This document shows positions 1-11,854 of a DNA stretch of 64,000 bases, piece after piece. Position numbers and translations under genes: made by a program. Numbering within the stretch: position 1 is the first letter of the stretch; each line of letters starts with the position of its first letter. The notes under the pieces are model-generated. The model was not told the DNA's origin and did not search any database. It saw only the letters and a program-made list of their open reading frames with translations. This DNA comes from Eledone cirrhosa (Eukaryota): positions 276,458,001 to 276,522,000 of the forward strand of contig OZ024743.1 in assembly GCA_964016885.1 (NCBI GenBank), written 5' to 3'.

Positions 1-16
1 ATATATGTCTGGTAAA

Positions 17-83
17 CTGATTCGCTGAGACATACGACTTGGCAGGGATAGCTGCGCTGCTCGTCACTTCTGTTCCCCAGGCC
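17..83 (+). mobile_element. Short fragment of Penelope-like GIY-YIG region, inverted relative to the copy at ~978-1045
   Basis: gagacatacgacttggcagggatagc..gctgctcgtcacttc matches the reverse complement of 978-1040 (RDIRLGRDSPAARHF segment). Confidence 0.7.
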
Positions 84-160
84 ATATATAAGTTTAAAAT
101 GACCATAACGGGTCCATATCAACATATATATTATGCTTACATTATATATATATATATATA

Positions 161-340
161 TAATTGTTTCTACTTTAGGCACAAGGCCAGCAATTATCCT
201 AGTGCGTTACTGGTACTTTATTTTATCGACCCCGTAAGGATGAAAGGCAAAGTTAACCTCGGCGGGATTTGAACTCAGATCATAAAGGGACGTAACTATG
301 CTGGAAAGCATGGCGTCCGACCCTCTACCGATACTGCCAG
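161..340 (-). mobile_element. tRNA-derived SINE (main family of the window)
   Basis: Reverse complement has A-box TGGCAGTATCGG, B-box GTTCAAATCC, core GCCTTTCATCCTTACGGGGTCGATAAA and tail GCCTTGTGCCTAAAGTAGAAACAATTA; many copies in the window. Confidence 0.9.
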
Positions 341-459
341 TAAGTATAATATATATGTTTATATGGACCCGTTATGGTCATTTTAAACTTGACAGAACCT
401 ATCACTCTCCCAGTATGAACATGGCCGTTTCTACCAGATATGTATAGAGAGTGATAATG

Positions 460-946
460 AGGAAGCGAGAAAGAGATATAGAGGAATAATCGACCCTAGT
501 ACTTGACTGGTACTTTTTTATCGACCTCGAAAAGATGAAAGGCAACGTTGACCTCAGTGGCACTTGAAGATAGTTTAGCGGGAGTTACAGCGGTTAGTTT
601 ACGGTATTTTCTGAGTGTTTGGTTTACGTGTTAAAACAATCAGCTGTCTTATTTGCACAAAAAATATCTGTGTAATTTACAGTATATATATATATATCTG
701 TGTAATTTACAGTAAATATATATATATATATATATATATATTTATTTGTGCAAATAAGACAGCTGATTGTTTTAACACGTAAACCAAACACTCAGAAAAT
801 ACCGTAAACTAACCGCTGTAACTCCCGCTAAACTATCTTCAAGTGCCACTGAGGTCAACGTTGCCTTTCATCTTTTCGAGGTCGATAAAAAAGTACCAGT
901 CAAGTACTAGGGTCGATTATTCCTCTATATCTCTTTCTCGCTTCCT
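460..946. repeat. Perfect inverted duplication, 202-bp arms (460-661 / 745-946) around a (TA)n spacer; arms include a partial SINE
   Basis: Arms are reverse complements with a constant coordinate sum (1406), i.e. no indels. Confidence 0.95.
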
Positions 947-959
947 ATATATATATATT

Positions 960-2560
960 GAGACATGTAGAGAAGTGTGGCCTGAAGAACGGAAGTGACG
1001 AGCAGCGGGGCTATCCCTGCCAAGTCGTATGTCTCTGCGAGTCTGTTTAGCAGACAGCGGCCTGTTTGTCCAATGTATAAAGACTCGCAAAGGAAACACC
1101 GGAGGGCATAGAAAACGTTGACGGGAGTGCAGGTGTTACAGCGGGGGTGAAAACTAGGACGGGAGCCAGGTGGAGTCCAATTGGAGGAAAGGTAGGCGAT
1201 TACGGAGGTGAGAAGTGACGGGGTCAGAAGAGAGGGTGCGGAAGTAAAGGAGGATATGGCGCCGGAGAGGTAGATGGTGGTGTGGTAAGTGTAGGGGAAA
1301 GGAAAGCGGATGTTTGAGGGGAAGGTGATCGCGGAGTGAGAGGGCTGTTGTGATATGGTCGGTTTCACGGGCGCGGGCGTGAACAGCTTGGACCAGGGTG
1401 GGGGAATATCCACGCAGTATGAAGCGGAAGGCTATGTGTTGGGATTGGGTCTCGAAATCGCTGTCTTGGCTACAGAGCTGACATAGACGGAGGAATTGTG
1501 AGTAGGGTATGGAGAGTTTGGTGTGGTTTGGTGACTAAAGTTGAGATAGGTGTGGGTTTATAGAAGATGGAAGATGTGAGGTTTGGTGGCTGGGAGGAGG
1601 TAAAGTTGAGATAGGTGTGGGTTTATAGAAGATGGAAGATGTGAGGTTTGGTGGCTGGGAGGAGGTAAAGTTGAGATAGGTGTGGGTTTATAGAAGATGG
1701 AAGATGTGAGGTTTGGTGGCTGGGAGGAGGTAAAGTTGAGATAGGTGTGGGTTTATAGAAGATGGAAGATGTGAGGTTTGGTGGCTGGGAGGAGGTAAAG
1801 TTGAGATAGGTGTGGGTTTATAGAAGATGGAAGATGTGAGGTTTGGTGGCTGGGAGGAGGTAAAGTTGAGATAGGTGTGGGTTTATAGAAGATGGAAGAT
1901 GTGAGGTTTGGTGGCTGGGAGGAGGTAAAGTTGAGATAGGTGTGGGTTTATAGAAGATGGAAGATGTGAGGTTTGGTGGCTGGGAGGAGGTAAAGTTGAG
2001 ATAGGTGTGGGTTTATAGAAGATGGAAGATGTGAGGTTTGGTGGCTGGGAGGAGGTAAAGTTGAGATAGGTGTGGGTTTATAGAAGATGGAAGATGTGAG
2101 GTTTGGTGGCTGGGAGGAGGTAAAGTTGAGATAGGTGTGGGTTTATAGAAGATGGAAGATGTGAGGTTTGGTGGCTGGGAGGAGGTAAAGTTGAGATAGG
2201 TGTGGGTTTATAGAAGATGGAAGATGTGAGGTTTGGTGGCTGGGAGGAGGTAAAGTTGAGATAGGTGTGGGTTTATAGAAGATGGAAGATGTGAGGTTTG
2301 GTGGCTGGGAGGAGGTAAAGTTGAGATAGGTGTGGGTTTATAGAAGATGGAAGATGTGAGAGAGCGGTGAGAGAGGTTAACGAAGAGGGAAATGTCAAGA
2401 AATTGGACGGAAGAGTCGAGAACGGAGATAGTGAAGGTAAGGGCCGGATGGAAAGACTGGAAAAAAGAAAGGAGCCGAGTTGTTCACGGGAGAGAGATAG
2501 AGGTGTCTCCGATACAGTGGTCGATATAAGAGGCGTGTAACTCAGGAGAAGGGCCAGTAT
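960..2560 (-). mobile_element. Degenerate Penelope-like retroelement (RT C-terminal half, linker and GIY-YIG endonuclease), likely Neptune-type
   Basis: Minus-strand motifs YIDH(D)CIG, FHPALTFT, FLDI, IFYKPT, then CNTC..NVFYALRCFLCESLYIGQTGR..LNRLAE and RRDIRLGRDSPAARHF; frameshifts and stops. Confidence 0.85.
1536..2360. repeat. 65-bp minisatellite, ~12.7 near-identical copies, inside the PLE RT region
   Basis: Unit taaagttgagataggtgtgggtttatagaagatggaagatgtgaggtttggtggctgggaggagg at 1601, 1666, 1731 and onward. Confidence 0.95.
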
Positions 2561-2624
2561 TTGTGTATATATGTGTGAGCATGAATATCTCTATGTATGT
2601 ACACATAGATTCATCCATAAGGAA

Positions 2625-2686
2625 GCACACACACACACACACATATATGCATACATATATATATATACACATACATACATACATAA

Positions 2687-2774
<88 letters not shown>

Positions 2775-2876
2775 TATTCGAAGTTTGCAAAGAGACGATT
2801 AAAAGTGATTCTAAATTATGAAGATTATATAATAAATGTTGCTTTTACGGGCTTCAGTTTATAGAAAATGTGTATG

Positions 2877-2909
<33 letters not shown>

Positions 2910-3100
2910 CTACATAGACACATACCCCTCACTCTCTCTCTCTCTATATATATATATACAAATACACACACATATATACATACACACACACATATATGTA
3001 TATATACACACATTCATATACATATATATGTATGTGTGTGTGTATACATTCATACATACATATGTACATATATGTGTATATACATTCATACATACATATG

Positions 3101-3185
<85 letters not shown>

Positions 3186-3386
3186 ATGTGTATATATGTA
3201 TATACATTCATACATACATATGTATACATATATATGTGTGTATACATCAGTAGATACATATGATACCTTTCATTTATATATATATATATATATATTTATA
3301 CACAAGCGTGTATCCATACATATGTATACATATATATGTGCATAGATCCGTAGATACATATGTACATATATATATCTATGTATACA

Positions 3387-3427
<41 letters not shown>

Positions 3428-3433
3428 CTATGT

Positions 3434-3490
<57 letters not shown>

Positions 3491-3692
3491 AGCGTGTGTA
3501 TGTTTGTAGTTATAATTGATTAAGAAACACACAAAAATGCATTCATTAACAAACACTGATGATAACACACATATGTACACGTGTGTATATGCATAAAGAG
3601 AAAGTGTTTAGAGATAAGACAAACTGAATTACATATGTATACATCGGCTTTCAATTTGTAATCAACATTCTGACATGTATTGTCTAACTCAC

Positions 3693-3730
<38 letters not shown>

Positions 3731-3940
3731 CGTGTCTATGTTTGTATATATATTTATGTATGTATGTTTGTATGTATGTATGGATGTATGTTTGTATGTA
3801 TGTTTGTATGCATGTATGTATGTATGTTTGTATGTATGTATGTTTGTGTGTATGTATATTTGTATGTATGTATGTTTGTATGTATGTTTGTATGTATGTA
3901 TGTTTGTATGTATGTATGTATGTTTGTATGTATGTATGTA
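2625..3940. repeat. Compound microsatellites (CA)n, (TG)n, (TA)n, (TATG)n
   Basis: Direct reading. Confidence 0.95.
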
Positions 3941-4239
3941 TAAATCACATATTTCCACCGTCTTCTCTCTGTCTCTCTCTGTCTTTCTACACGACAGCAA
4001 CACCTCACACTACTTCCCTCTCAAAACAGCAACCACCCCCTCTACAAGTCTTTCGCTCGATTAAGTCTTCTGCTAATTCCTTAATGATGTTTTAATCCTA
4101 CAACAATTTCTAGACTGGTTTCCCTTTGATTAACCTCCCAACCTGTAAAATAGCGTTATCTTTTAAGAGGCTTTTCTTACAGCAAACACATTTTGTTGTG
4201 GCTTTTGCTGTATTTCATTGTCGCATATTTAGTAGCTTA

Positions 4240-5413
4240 TTGTTGTTGTCGTTGTTGTTGTCTTTGCTGTGGTTGTTGTTGTTGTTGCTTTCGTTGTTGT
4301 TGTTTGTTGTTGGTTGTGATGATGTTGTGGTTGTTATTTTAGTTGTTGTGATTGTTGCTTTCGTTATTGTTGTTGTTGGTTGTGATGATGTTGTGGTTGT
4401 TATTTTAGTTGTTGTTATTGTTGCTTTCGTTATTGTTGTTGGTTGTGATGATGTTGTGGTTGTTATTTTAGTTATTGTGATTGTTGCTTTCGTTATTGTT
4501 GTTGTTGGTTGTGATGATGTTGTGGTTGTTATTTTAGTTGTTGTGATTGTTGCTTTCGTTATTGTTGTTGTTGGTTGTGATGATGTTGTGGTTGTTATTT
4601 TAGTTGTTATTTTAGTTGTTGTGATTGTTGCTTTCGTTATTGTTGTTTGTTGTTGGTTGTGATGATGTTGTGGTTGTTATTTTAGTTGTTGTGATTGTTG
4701 CTTTCGTTGTTGTTGTTTGTTGGTTGTGATGATGTTGTGGTTGTTATTTTAGTTGTTGTGATTGTTGCTTTCGTTATTGTTGTTGTTGGTTGTGATGATG
4801 TTGTGGTTGTTATTTTAGTTGTTGTGATTGTTGCTTTCGTTATTGTTGTTTGTTGTTGGTTGTGATGATGTTGTGGTTGTTATTTTAGTTGTTGTGATTG
4901 TTGCTTTCGTTGTTGTTGTTTGTTGGTTGTGATGATGTTGTGGTTGTTATTTTAGTTGTTGTGATTGTTGCTTTCGTTATTGTTGTTGTTGGTTGTGATG
5001 ATGTTGTGGTTGTTATTTTAGTTGTTGTGATTGTTGCTTTCGTCATTGTTGTTGTTGTTGGTTGTGATGATGTTGTGGTTGTTATTTTAGTTGTTGTGAT
5101 TGTTGCTGTGGTTCTTGTGGTTATTGTTGTTGCCGTTGTTGCTTTTATCGTTGTTGTTAGTGTTGTTGGTTGTGATGATGTTGTGGTTGTTGTTTTAGTT
5201 GTAGCGATTGTTGTTGCTGTTGTTGTTGTTGCGCTTGTTGCTTTTGTTGTTGTTGTTGGTGGTGTTGCTGTTGTGGGTTGTGATGATGATGTTGTTCGTG
5301 ATTATTATTATTGTTGTTGCTCTTGTTGCTGTTGTCATTTTTGTTGATGTTGATGGTGTTGCTGTTGTTGGTTGGTGCTGTTGTTGATGATGGTGTTGCT
5401 GTTGTTATTTTAG

Positions 5414-5477
<64 letters not shown>

Positions 5478-5500
5478 GATGATGTCGTTGTTGTGATTGT
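4240..5500. repeat. (GTT)n-derived low-complexity block with a 63-67 bp minisatellite (~12-13 copies, ~4300-5110)
   Basis: ggttgtgatgatgttgtggttgttattttagttgttgtgattgttgctttcgtt recurs at 4312, 4378, 4441, 4507, 4573 and onward. Confidence 0.9.
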
Positions 5501-5597
5501 TACTGCTGGTGATGGTTTTTTCTTGTTGTTGTTGTGATTATGGTGGAGGTATTAGTGGTTGATTTTGTTGTGGTTGTATCTAAATCAGAAATCATCT

Positions 5598-6575
5598 GGA
5601 TTGGCAGTATCGGTAGAGGGTCGGACGTCATGCTTTGACGCATAGGGTTATAGCCCTTTCCATTCTGAGTTCAAATCCCACCGAGGTCAACTTTGCCTTT
5701 CATCCTTACGGGGTCGATAAAATATAGTACCAGTAATGTACTGAGTAATTGCTAGCCTTGTGCCAAAATTAGAAACAATTATTACTGTTAAGAGAGCGCT
5801 GGATTGGCAGTATCGGTAGAGCATCGCACAAGGTGCTTTATGACATAGAGTTACGCCCCTTTACGTTCTGAGTTGAAATTCCGCCGAGGAAGCTTTGCCT
5901 TTCGTCCTTACGGTTTCTGTAAAATAACGCACTGGTGTCGATTTAATCGACTTTTCCTGCCCCCAATATTGCTGGCCTTGTGCCTAAATAAAACACCATT
6001 ATTACTATTAAGAGCGGTCGATTGGCAGTATCGGTAGAGTGTCGGGCAAGGTATTTTACGGTATTTATGTACGACACTCTACGTTCTAAGTTCAAATCCC
6101 ACCGAGTCAACTTTGCTTTTCATCCTTCCAGGGTTAATAAAATAAAATAATAGTCAAGTACTACTAAGGTCGATATAACTGACTTTTCCCTTCTTCCACA
6201 TTGCTGACCTTATGCTAATGTTAGAAAGAATTATTATTATTTTTGTTGCTTGACTTTCTTCCTTACGCGGTCGATAAAGTAAAATACCAGTAATGCACTG
6301 GGTCGATTTAATCGACTTTCCCCTTCCCCCAAAATTGTTGGCCTTGTGCCTAAATCAGAAGCCATTATTATTATTGTTGCTGGGATTAGTAGTATCGATA
6401 GAGGGTCGGATGCCATGCTTTGACGCATAGAGTTACGGCCCTTGCCATTCTGAGTTCAAATCCCGCCGAGGTTAACTCTGCCTTTCATCCTTACGGGGTC
6501 GATAAAATAAAGTACCAGTATTGCACTGGGATAATTGCTGGCCTTGTGCCAAAAGTAGAAACAATTATTATTATT
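5598..6575 (+). mobile_element. Head-to-tail cluster of five SINE copies (~5598-5783, 5801-6008, 6019-6240, partial 6263-6375, 6383-6575)
   Basis: Repeated GGATTGGCAGTATCGGTAGAG head, GTTCAAATCC B-box, shared core and (ATT)n tails. Confidence 0.9.
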
Positions 6576-6665
6576 GTTGCCGTTTGTAGAGTTGTTAGGT
6601 GGTTGGTAATTAGTGTTTCGGTTACCAGGTTGTTTCACCCTATATGATATAGATTTTGCTTTGCT

Positions 6666-6721
<56 letters not shown>

Positions 6722-6724
<3 letters not shown>

Positions 6725-7992
6725 GGGTTGGACAAAATGGAAACACCTAGCATCATAGCATCATAATTTTGAAATATCTATAAAACCGTCAAAAGCTTGT
6801 TTATTTTTATGTTTTTTTTTATTTATTATTAGTGTTGCTTAATATGTTTTGTTAAAATTGCTGTTTCGTTTCAGATATCATCAGAAAAAGGTAATTAAAA
6901 TTCATTAAAATGACAGATCTATCGGACTTTCAAAGAGGTCAAATTGTTGGTGCTCGTATGGCAGGCGCTAGCGTGACGAAAATAGCCGAAATGTTTGGTG
7001 TATCAAGAAGTACTGTCTCGAAAGTAATGACAGCCTTTGAGAAAGAGGGAAAAACCTCCTCGTCGAAACAAATCTCCGGAAGAAAACCAAAACTTTCAGA
7101 TAGGGTCCATCAGACTCTTACGAAAATTGTTAGAAAGGATCACAAAAGTACAGATCCCAAAATTATTGCAGAGCTTAATGACCACCTCGAGAACCCAGTT
7201 TCCACAAAAACTGTTCGCCGGGAGCTGCACAAAGCCGGATTTTACGGGAGGGCTGCAATCAGAAAACCACTACTTTCAAAAACAAACGTTGCAAAGCGTT
7301 TAGAGTGGAATAAAAACCTACAGAATTGGTCCCTAGAGCAGTGGAAGAATGTTATTTTCTCGGACGAGTCATCCTTTACCTTATTTCCGACCACCGGCCG
7401 AGTATACGTGTGGAGACAGCCAAAAAGAAACATTTGACCCAGACTGCCTTCTTCCAACTGTTAAACATGGAGGAGGATCTGTGATGATCTGGCGGGCTAT
7501 ATCTTGGAAATCCGCTGGGCCAATGGTTTCCCTTTATGGCAGAATTAATAGTCAAGACTATTTAAGCATTTTATCTGATCAAATTCATCCTATGGTTGCG
7601 GAACTGTTTCCGGGGGGAAACCTAATCTTTCAGGATGATAATGCACCAATTCACACATCTAAAGTTCTTACTGAATGGCACGAGGAACATTCTAGTGAAG
7701 TTGAACATCTTATCTGGCCACCACAGTCCCCCAGATCTCAATATTATTGAACATTTATGGTGCATTTTAGACAAACAAGTAAGGAGTCGATATCCTCCAC
7801 CACCATCACTACAAGAACTGGAGATTGTTTTAGCTGAAGAATGGACAAAAATTCCTTTGGAAACAATTCAAACTTTGTACGAGTCCATTCCTCGTAGAAT
7901 TCAAGCTGTAATTAATGCCAAAGGCGGTCCTACCCCATATTAAAATAAATTTGTTTGAACTTTTAAGGTGTTTCCATTATTTTGTATAACCC

Positions 7993-7995
<3 letters not shown>
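6722..7995 (+). mobile_element. Full-length Tc1/mariner-superfamily DNA transposon (1274 bp) inserted in a (TA)n tract
   Basis: TIRs CAGGGGTTGGACAAAAT..GGAAACACCT (6722) and AGGTGTTTCCATTATTTTGTATAACCCCTG (ends 7995), TA on both sides. Confidence 0.95.
6910..7943 (+). pseudogene. Tc1-type transposase, ~343 aa once two +1 frameshifts are corrected; DD36E catalytic triad (Incomer-like)
   Basis: HTH N-terminus, GRKP, WKNVIFSDES, FQDDNAPIH, WPPQSPDLNIIEHLW; extra A in a run near 7425 and extra C in a run near 7730; 36 residues between the second D and E. Confidence 0.9.
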
Positions 7996-8047
<52 letters not shown>

Positions 8048-8048
<1 letters not shown>

Positions 8049-8235
8049 CGAAGGAAATGTGGTAAGGAACCAGGTGGACCATAGCGCACCAAAGTACTCA
8101 ATACTTAGGGTAGTAGAGTGGGTAATAGGAACGAGTAGGACCCCGACGGGTGAGCTCAAGCCGTTTCGACGGCTAATTCTGTCCAGAATTAGCCGTCGAA
8201 ACGGCTTGAGCTCAGCCGTCGGGGTCCTACTCGTT

Positions 8236-8240
<5 letters not shown>
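8048..8240 (-). mobile_element. Short non-coding element with a hammerhead-like 3' half and a fold-back palindrome (family also at 19576-19747 and 33018-33160)
   Basis: 57-bp arms 8125-8181/8184-8240 with one mismatch; GAAA-CGGCU-UGAGCUC-AGCCG-UC motif; shared tail ...tacccactctact..aagtat.gagtact.tggtg..tatggtcca; flanked by (TA)n. Confidence 0.7.
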
Positions 8241-8281
<41 letters not shown>

Positions 8282-8373
8282 TGTATGTAAACGGTAAACA
8301 AAAATAACAACACAATCGGTACAGTATATGGAAGGAATATATTAGGTTAACGCTTGAAATAGCAGGAAGACGG

Positions 8374-8409
8374 TCTTGACGTTTCGGGCGCTAGTCCTTT
8401 GTCAGAAGA
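8374..8409 (-). ncRNA. Minimal type I hammerhead-like motif with a core substitution (CUGACAA)
   Basis: Minus strand UCUU-CUGACAA-AGGAC UAGC GCCC-GAAA-CGUC-AAGA; stem I UCUU/AAGA. Confidence 0.55.
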
Positions 8410-8418
8410 AAGAATGAA

Positions 8419-8481
<63 letters not shown>

Positions 8482-8667
8482 ATAGACTAATTGTCAACAA
8501 TATCTTTTGCATTTGCATTCTTTATTCTATGTCTATACCTGCATTGTTTTGGCTTTATTATACATATACAAACGTTTATACCTCATTACACAATGCTTCA
8601 AGTGAACTATAACCTCCTCCATATATATATATGTATATATTTATTTATATGTCTATTTATTTATTTA

Positions 8668-8770
8668 TATGAAGGTTAGCTGAAAATTCATAGGCTGAAA
8701 AGTTCATAGGGTGACCAGGATACTCTCATGGAATAACCAAATGAGGTTTATTTTTCAACATAGTCCATGG
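8668..8770 (+). mobile_element. Mariner-like terminal remnant
   Basis: tatgaaggttagctgaaaa(g)ttcatagg followed by tatttttcaacatagtc resembles mariner TIR/subterminal sequence. Confidence 0.45.
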
Positions 8771-8929
8771 AACGCAACAATAAGAAGAGTTGAAATAAAT
8801 GCATGTAAGATTTCACAGCTCTAGCATCATAATCAGTCTCTTTTTAAAAAATATATTTATGTATGTATACATTTGTGTATATCTGGTATTTTGTTTACAT
8901 TTCCTCATTATTTGAACACATCTTCAGTA

Positions 8930-8959
8930 GCATGATTATCATGATGATGGTGGTGGTGG

Positions 8960-9021
<62 letters not shown>

Positions 9022-9172
9022 ATGATGATGCGGATGTTTTTGATGACGACGATGATGATGATAACAATGATGATAATGATTATGTTGTTACTGTTGATGA
9101 TGATATTGATAATGATGATGATGATGATACGGATGTTGATGTTGTTGATGTTGTTGATGGTGATGATGATAT
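8930..9172. repeat. (ATG)n trinucleotide microsatellite
   Basis: Direct reading. Confidence 0.95.
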
Positions 9173-9197
9173 TAAAAGGCAACATTTAGACGGTGTG

Positions 9198-9470
9198 ATA
9201 GTGATATAACCCAGCATACATCTTTGGTGTGAAACCAACGTTGCAAAACATTTTCTCTCTCCCTTCTCAGAAAATATTATCCCAACGGCCATAAACTCGA
9301 CAATCTGTTCAACAGAAATATGGTTAAGGTTAGCCAAAGATGAACGAAACACTTGTATAATAATGCCATTATATACACATACAGAGGAAACGGCTTATTG
9401 TGATAGCTTTGGAATGATGCCTTTACGATAAGAATAACCACCTGATAACGTTAAACAAATATAAAGTGTG
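9198..9470 (+). mobile_element. Decayed Penelope-like fragment, Naiad-type RT-thumb/linker region
   Basis: Frameshifted translation YNPAY..V-TNVAKHFLS-LLRKYYPNGHKLDNLFNRNMVKVS resembles the WYNPPF..VKTNIG..FL.L..K.FP..HKL..IFNRN.VKVSYSC motif recalled for such PLEs. Confidence 0.65.
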
Positions 9471-9941
9471 GGGCCCACTAATTTTGATTAGAGTAATCAG
9501 TTGATAACATTATCCATGATGGCTACTAGTAGCTTCTACTGTATATAGACACAAACACATACACACACGTACACACATATACACACACTTACAAACACAG
9601 CAACAGACATACACGGAGACACACACACACACACACACATACATACACACACTTACAAACGCAAACACACACAAACACACACACATACATACACACACAC
9701 ACATACACACACTTACAAACACAAACACACACAAACACACACATACATACACACACACACACACATACACACACACGCATAAATACACTTACAAACACAA
9801 ACACACACAAACACAAACTCACACACACAGACACACACACACGCAAACAAACACACACACTTACAAATACAAACACACACTTACACACACACTTACAAAC
9901 ACAAACACCCATCCACACACACACACACACACACACGTATG

Positions 9942-10015
<74 letters not shown>

Positions 10016-10319
10016 CAACAATTGATTGCTACAAATGGCTTCCACTGTATACACACACTCCCAAACACATACATACACTTACAAACTGAAACACACATCC
10101 ACACACACACATATATATATATGATCAACAATTGATAGATTAAGAGAGAAAAGACAGAGAATAAGTGTGAGAGAAAGTGATTTAGAAACTCATAGATATT
10201 CTTAACAATAGTTAGCTACATTTCAAAATATCGTTTTCTCTCTTTTCATTTGTTCTTTCTCCTTGTCCTCAGCAAGGAAATAAGTTGATAGATAGAGAGA
10301 TAGAGGAATAGAATGAGAA

Positions 10320-10321
<2 letters not shown>

Positions 10322-10387
<66 letters not shown>
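10322..10387. repeat. (GA)n microsatellite
   Basis: Direct reading. Confidence 0.95.
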
Positions 10388-10388
<1 letters not shown>

Positions 10389-11014
10389 AAACAAAGAGCG
10401 TGATTATTATAGGAGAAAGTGTATGTTTATTTAAACAGCCGGAGCGATGTAAGAGACTTGCCAAAAGGGCACAGAGCGAAACTAAACTTTGATGGTAGTA
10501 GGCAGAGAATACGTGTGAATAGTCATAGTTATGTGAAGATAGAAACAAACAAGGTTAGCGAATAGCGGATCATCTGATTGATATTTGGTTAGAATCATTC
10601 TTTGAAGCCATCGAAAACAAGAGAGGAGAATATCAGTGAAATACAAGCAGGCAACAACCGTTGGAACAGCTGTTGAAACTAGATACTAACTGAACTCAGG
10701 TGTTGGTTGGTTTGTTCAAGACATAGATGTCGTCTGCGCAAGACTTATGTCAGATTTTGTGATAATGCATTCTAGTTTTTTTTGTTTTTTTTGTTTTTGT
10801 TTTTCAAGAGTTGGATTACTTTTCATTCATCTTCTCACACATCAATGGAACTGGGAAATCTACTCGTGATTAGGGTTAGAGATTGCACACCCATATAGAT
10901 ATGCATACATACACAGACACACATACACACACAAACAGACACACACACAGACACACACACAAAGACACACAGACACAGACACACACAGACACACACACAT
11001 ATATATATATATAT

Positions 11015-11056
<42 letters not shown>

Positions 11057-11574
11057 ATGCAGATATATGCATATGCACACAAAAACATACATACACACTC
11101 TGATATACACACAAACACAGACAGGCAAACACGCATATATATATATATATATATATACGCGTATATAAATACGCGTATATACTTACACACATACACACAT
11201 ATAAATAAATGCGTATTTACACATATCTCAGTGTGTGTTTGTGTGTGTTTGTGTATAACTGAGTATGTGTGTGGGAGGGTGTACGACTTTGCGTACATGT
11301 GCATACATCTGCTTGTGTGTCTATATATCTATGTATAGATATATGCACGTGTGTGTGTGTATGTCTGAATACGCAGACATATGCATACACACACATGATT
11401 TCACATAAACACATATAGAATGAGACATGTGTAGTCGGGCCTACACGTACGTCGTCATAGAGAAGGCAAGAGAAAGAGATTGAGAATGAAAGTTAAAAAT
11501 TGACGGAGACAAATTGCCAGTGAATGAGAGTGTTTGTGTGCCGCAGGTGTGTGTGTGTGTATGTATGAGAGGAA

Positions 11575-11639
<65 letters not shown>

Positions 11640-11656
11640 ACACACACACACACACA

Positions 11657-11693
<37 letters not shown>

Positions 11694-11854
11694 GCACACA
11701 CACATATATATATATATAAATCAGAGGCGGGTGAGCAATGCGGCAGAAGGGTACTACGTCCGTCTCTGGGTTAAAAACATAGCACACAGTTTTTCTTTGC
11801 TCGTTTCCTTAAAGCTTACCATCATTCCGTTGGTATTCATCTATTACATAATTT

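Noticed and set aside
4040-4160. Possible minus-strand exon after a tattttacAG acceptor
   Set aside because: All frames stop within ~20 codons; no recognisable protein or partner exons
10430-10750. Possible host exon in a unique-looking stretch
   Set aside because: No sustained open frame or recognisable motif
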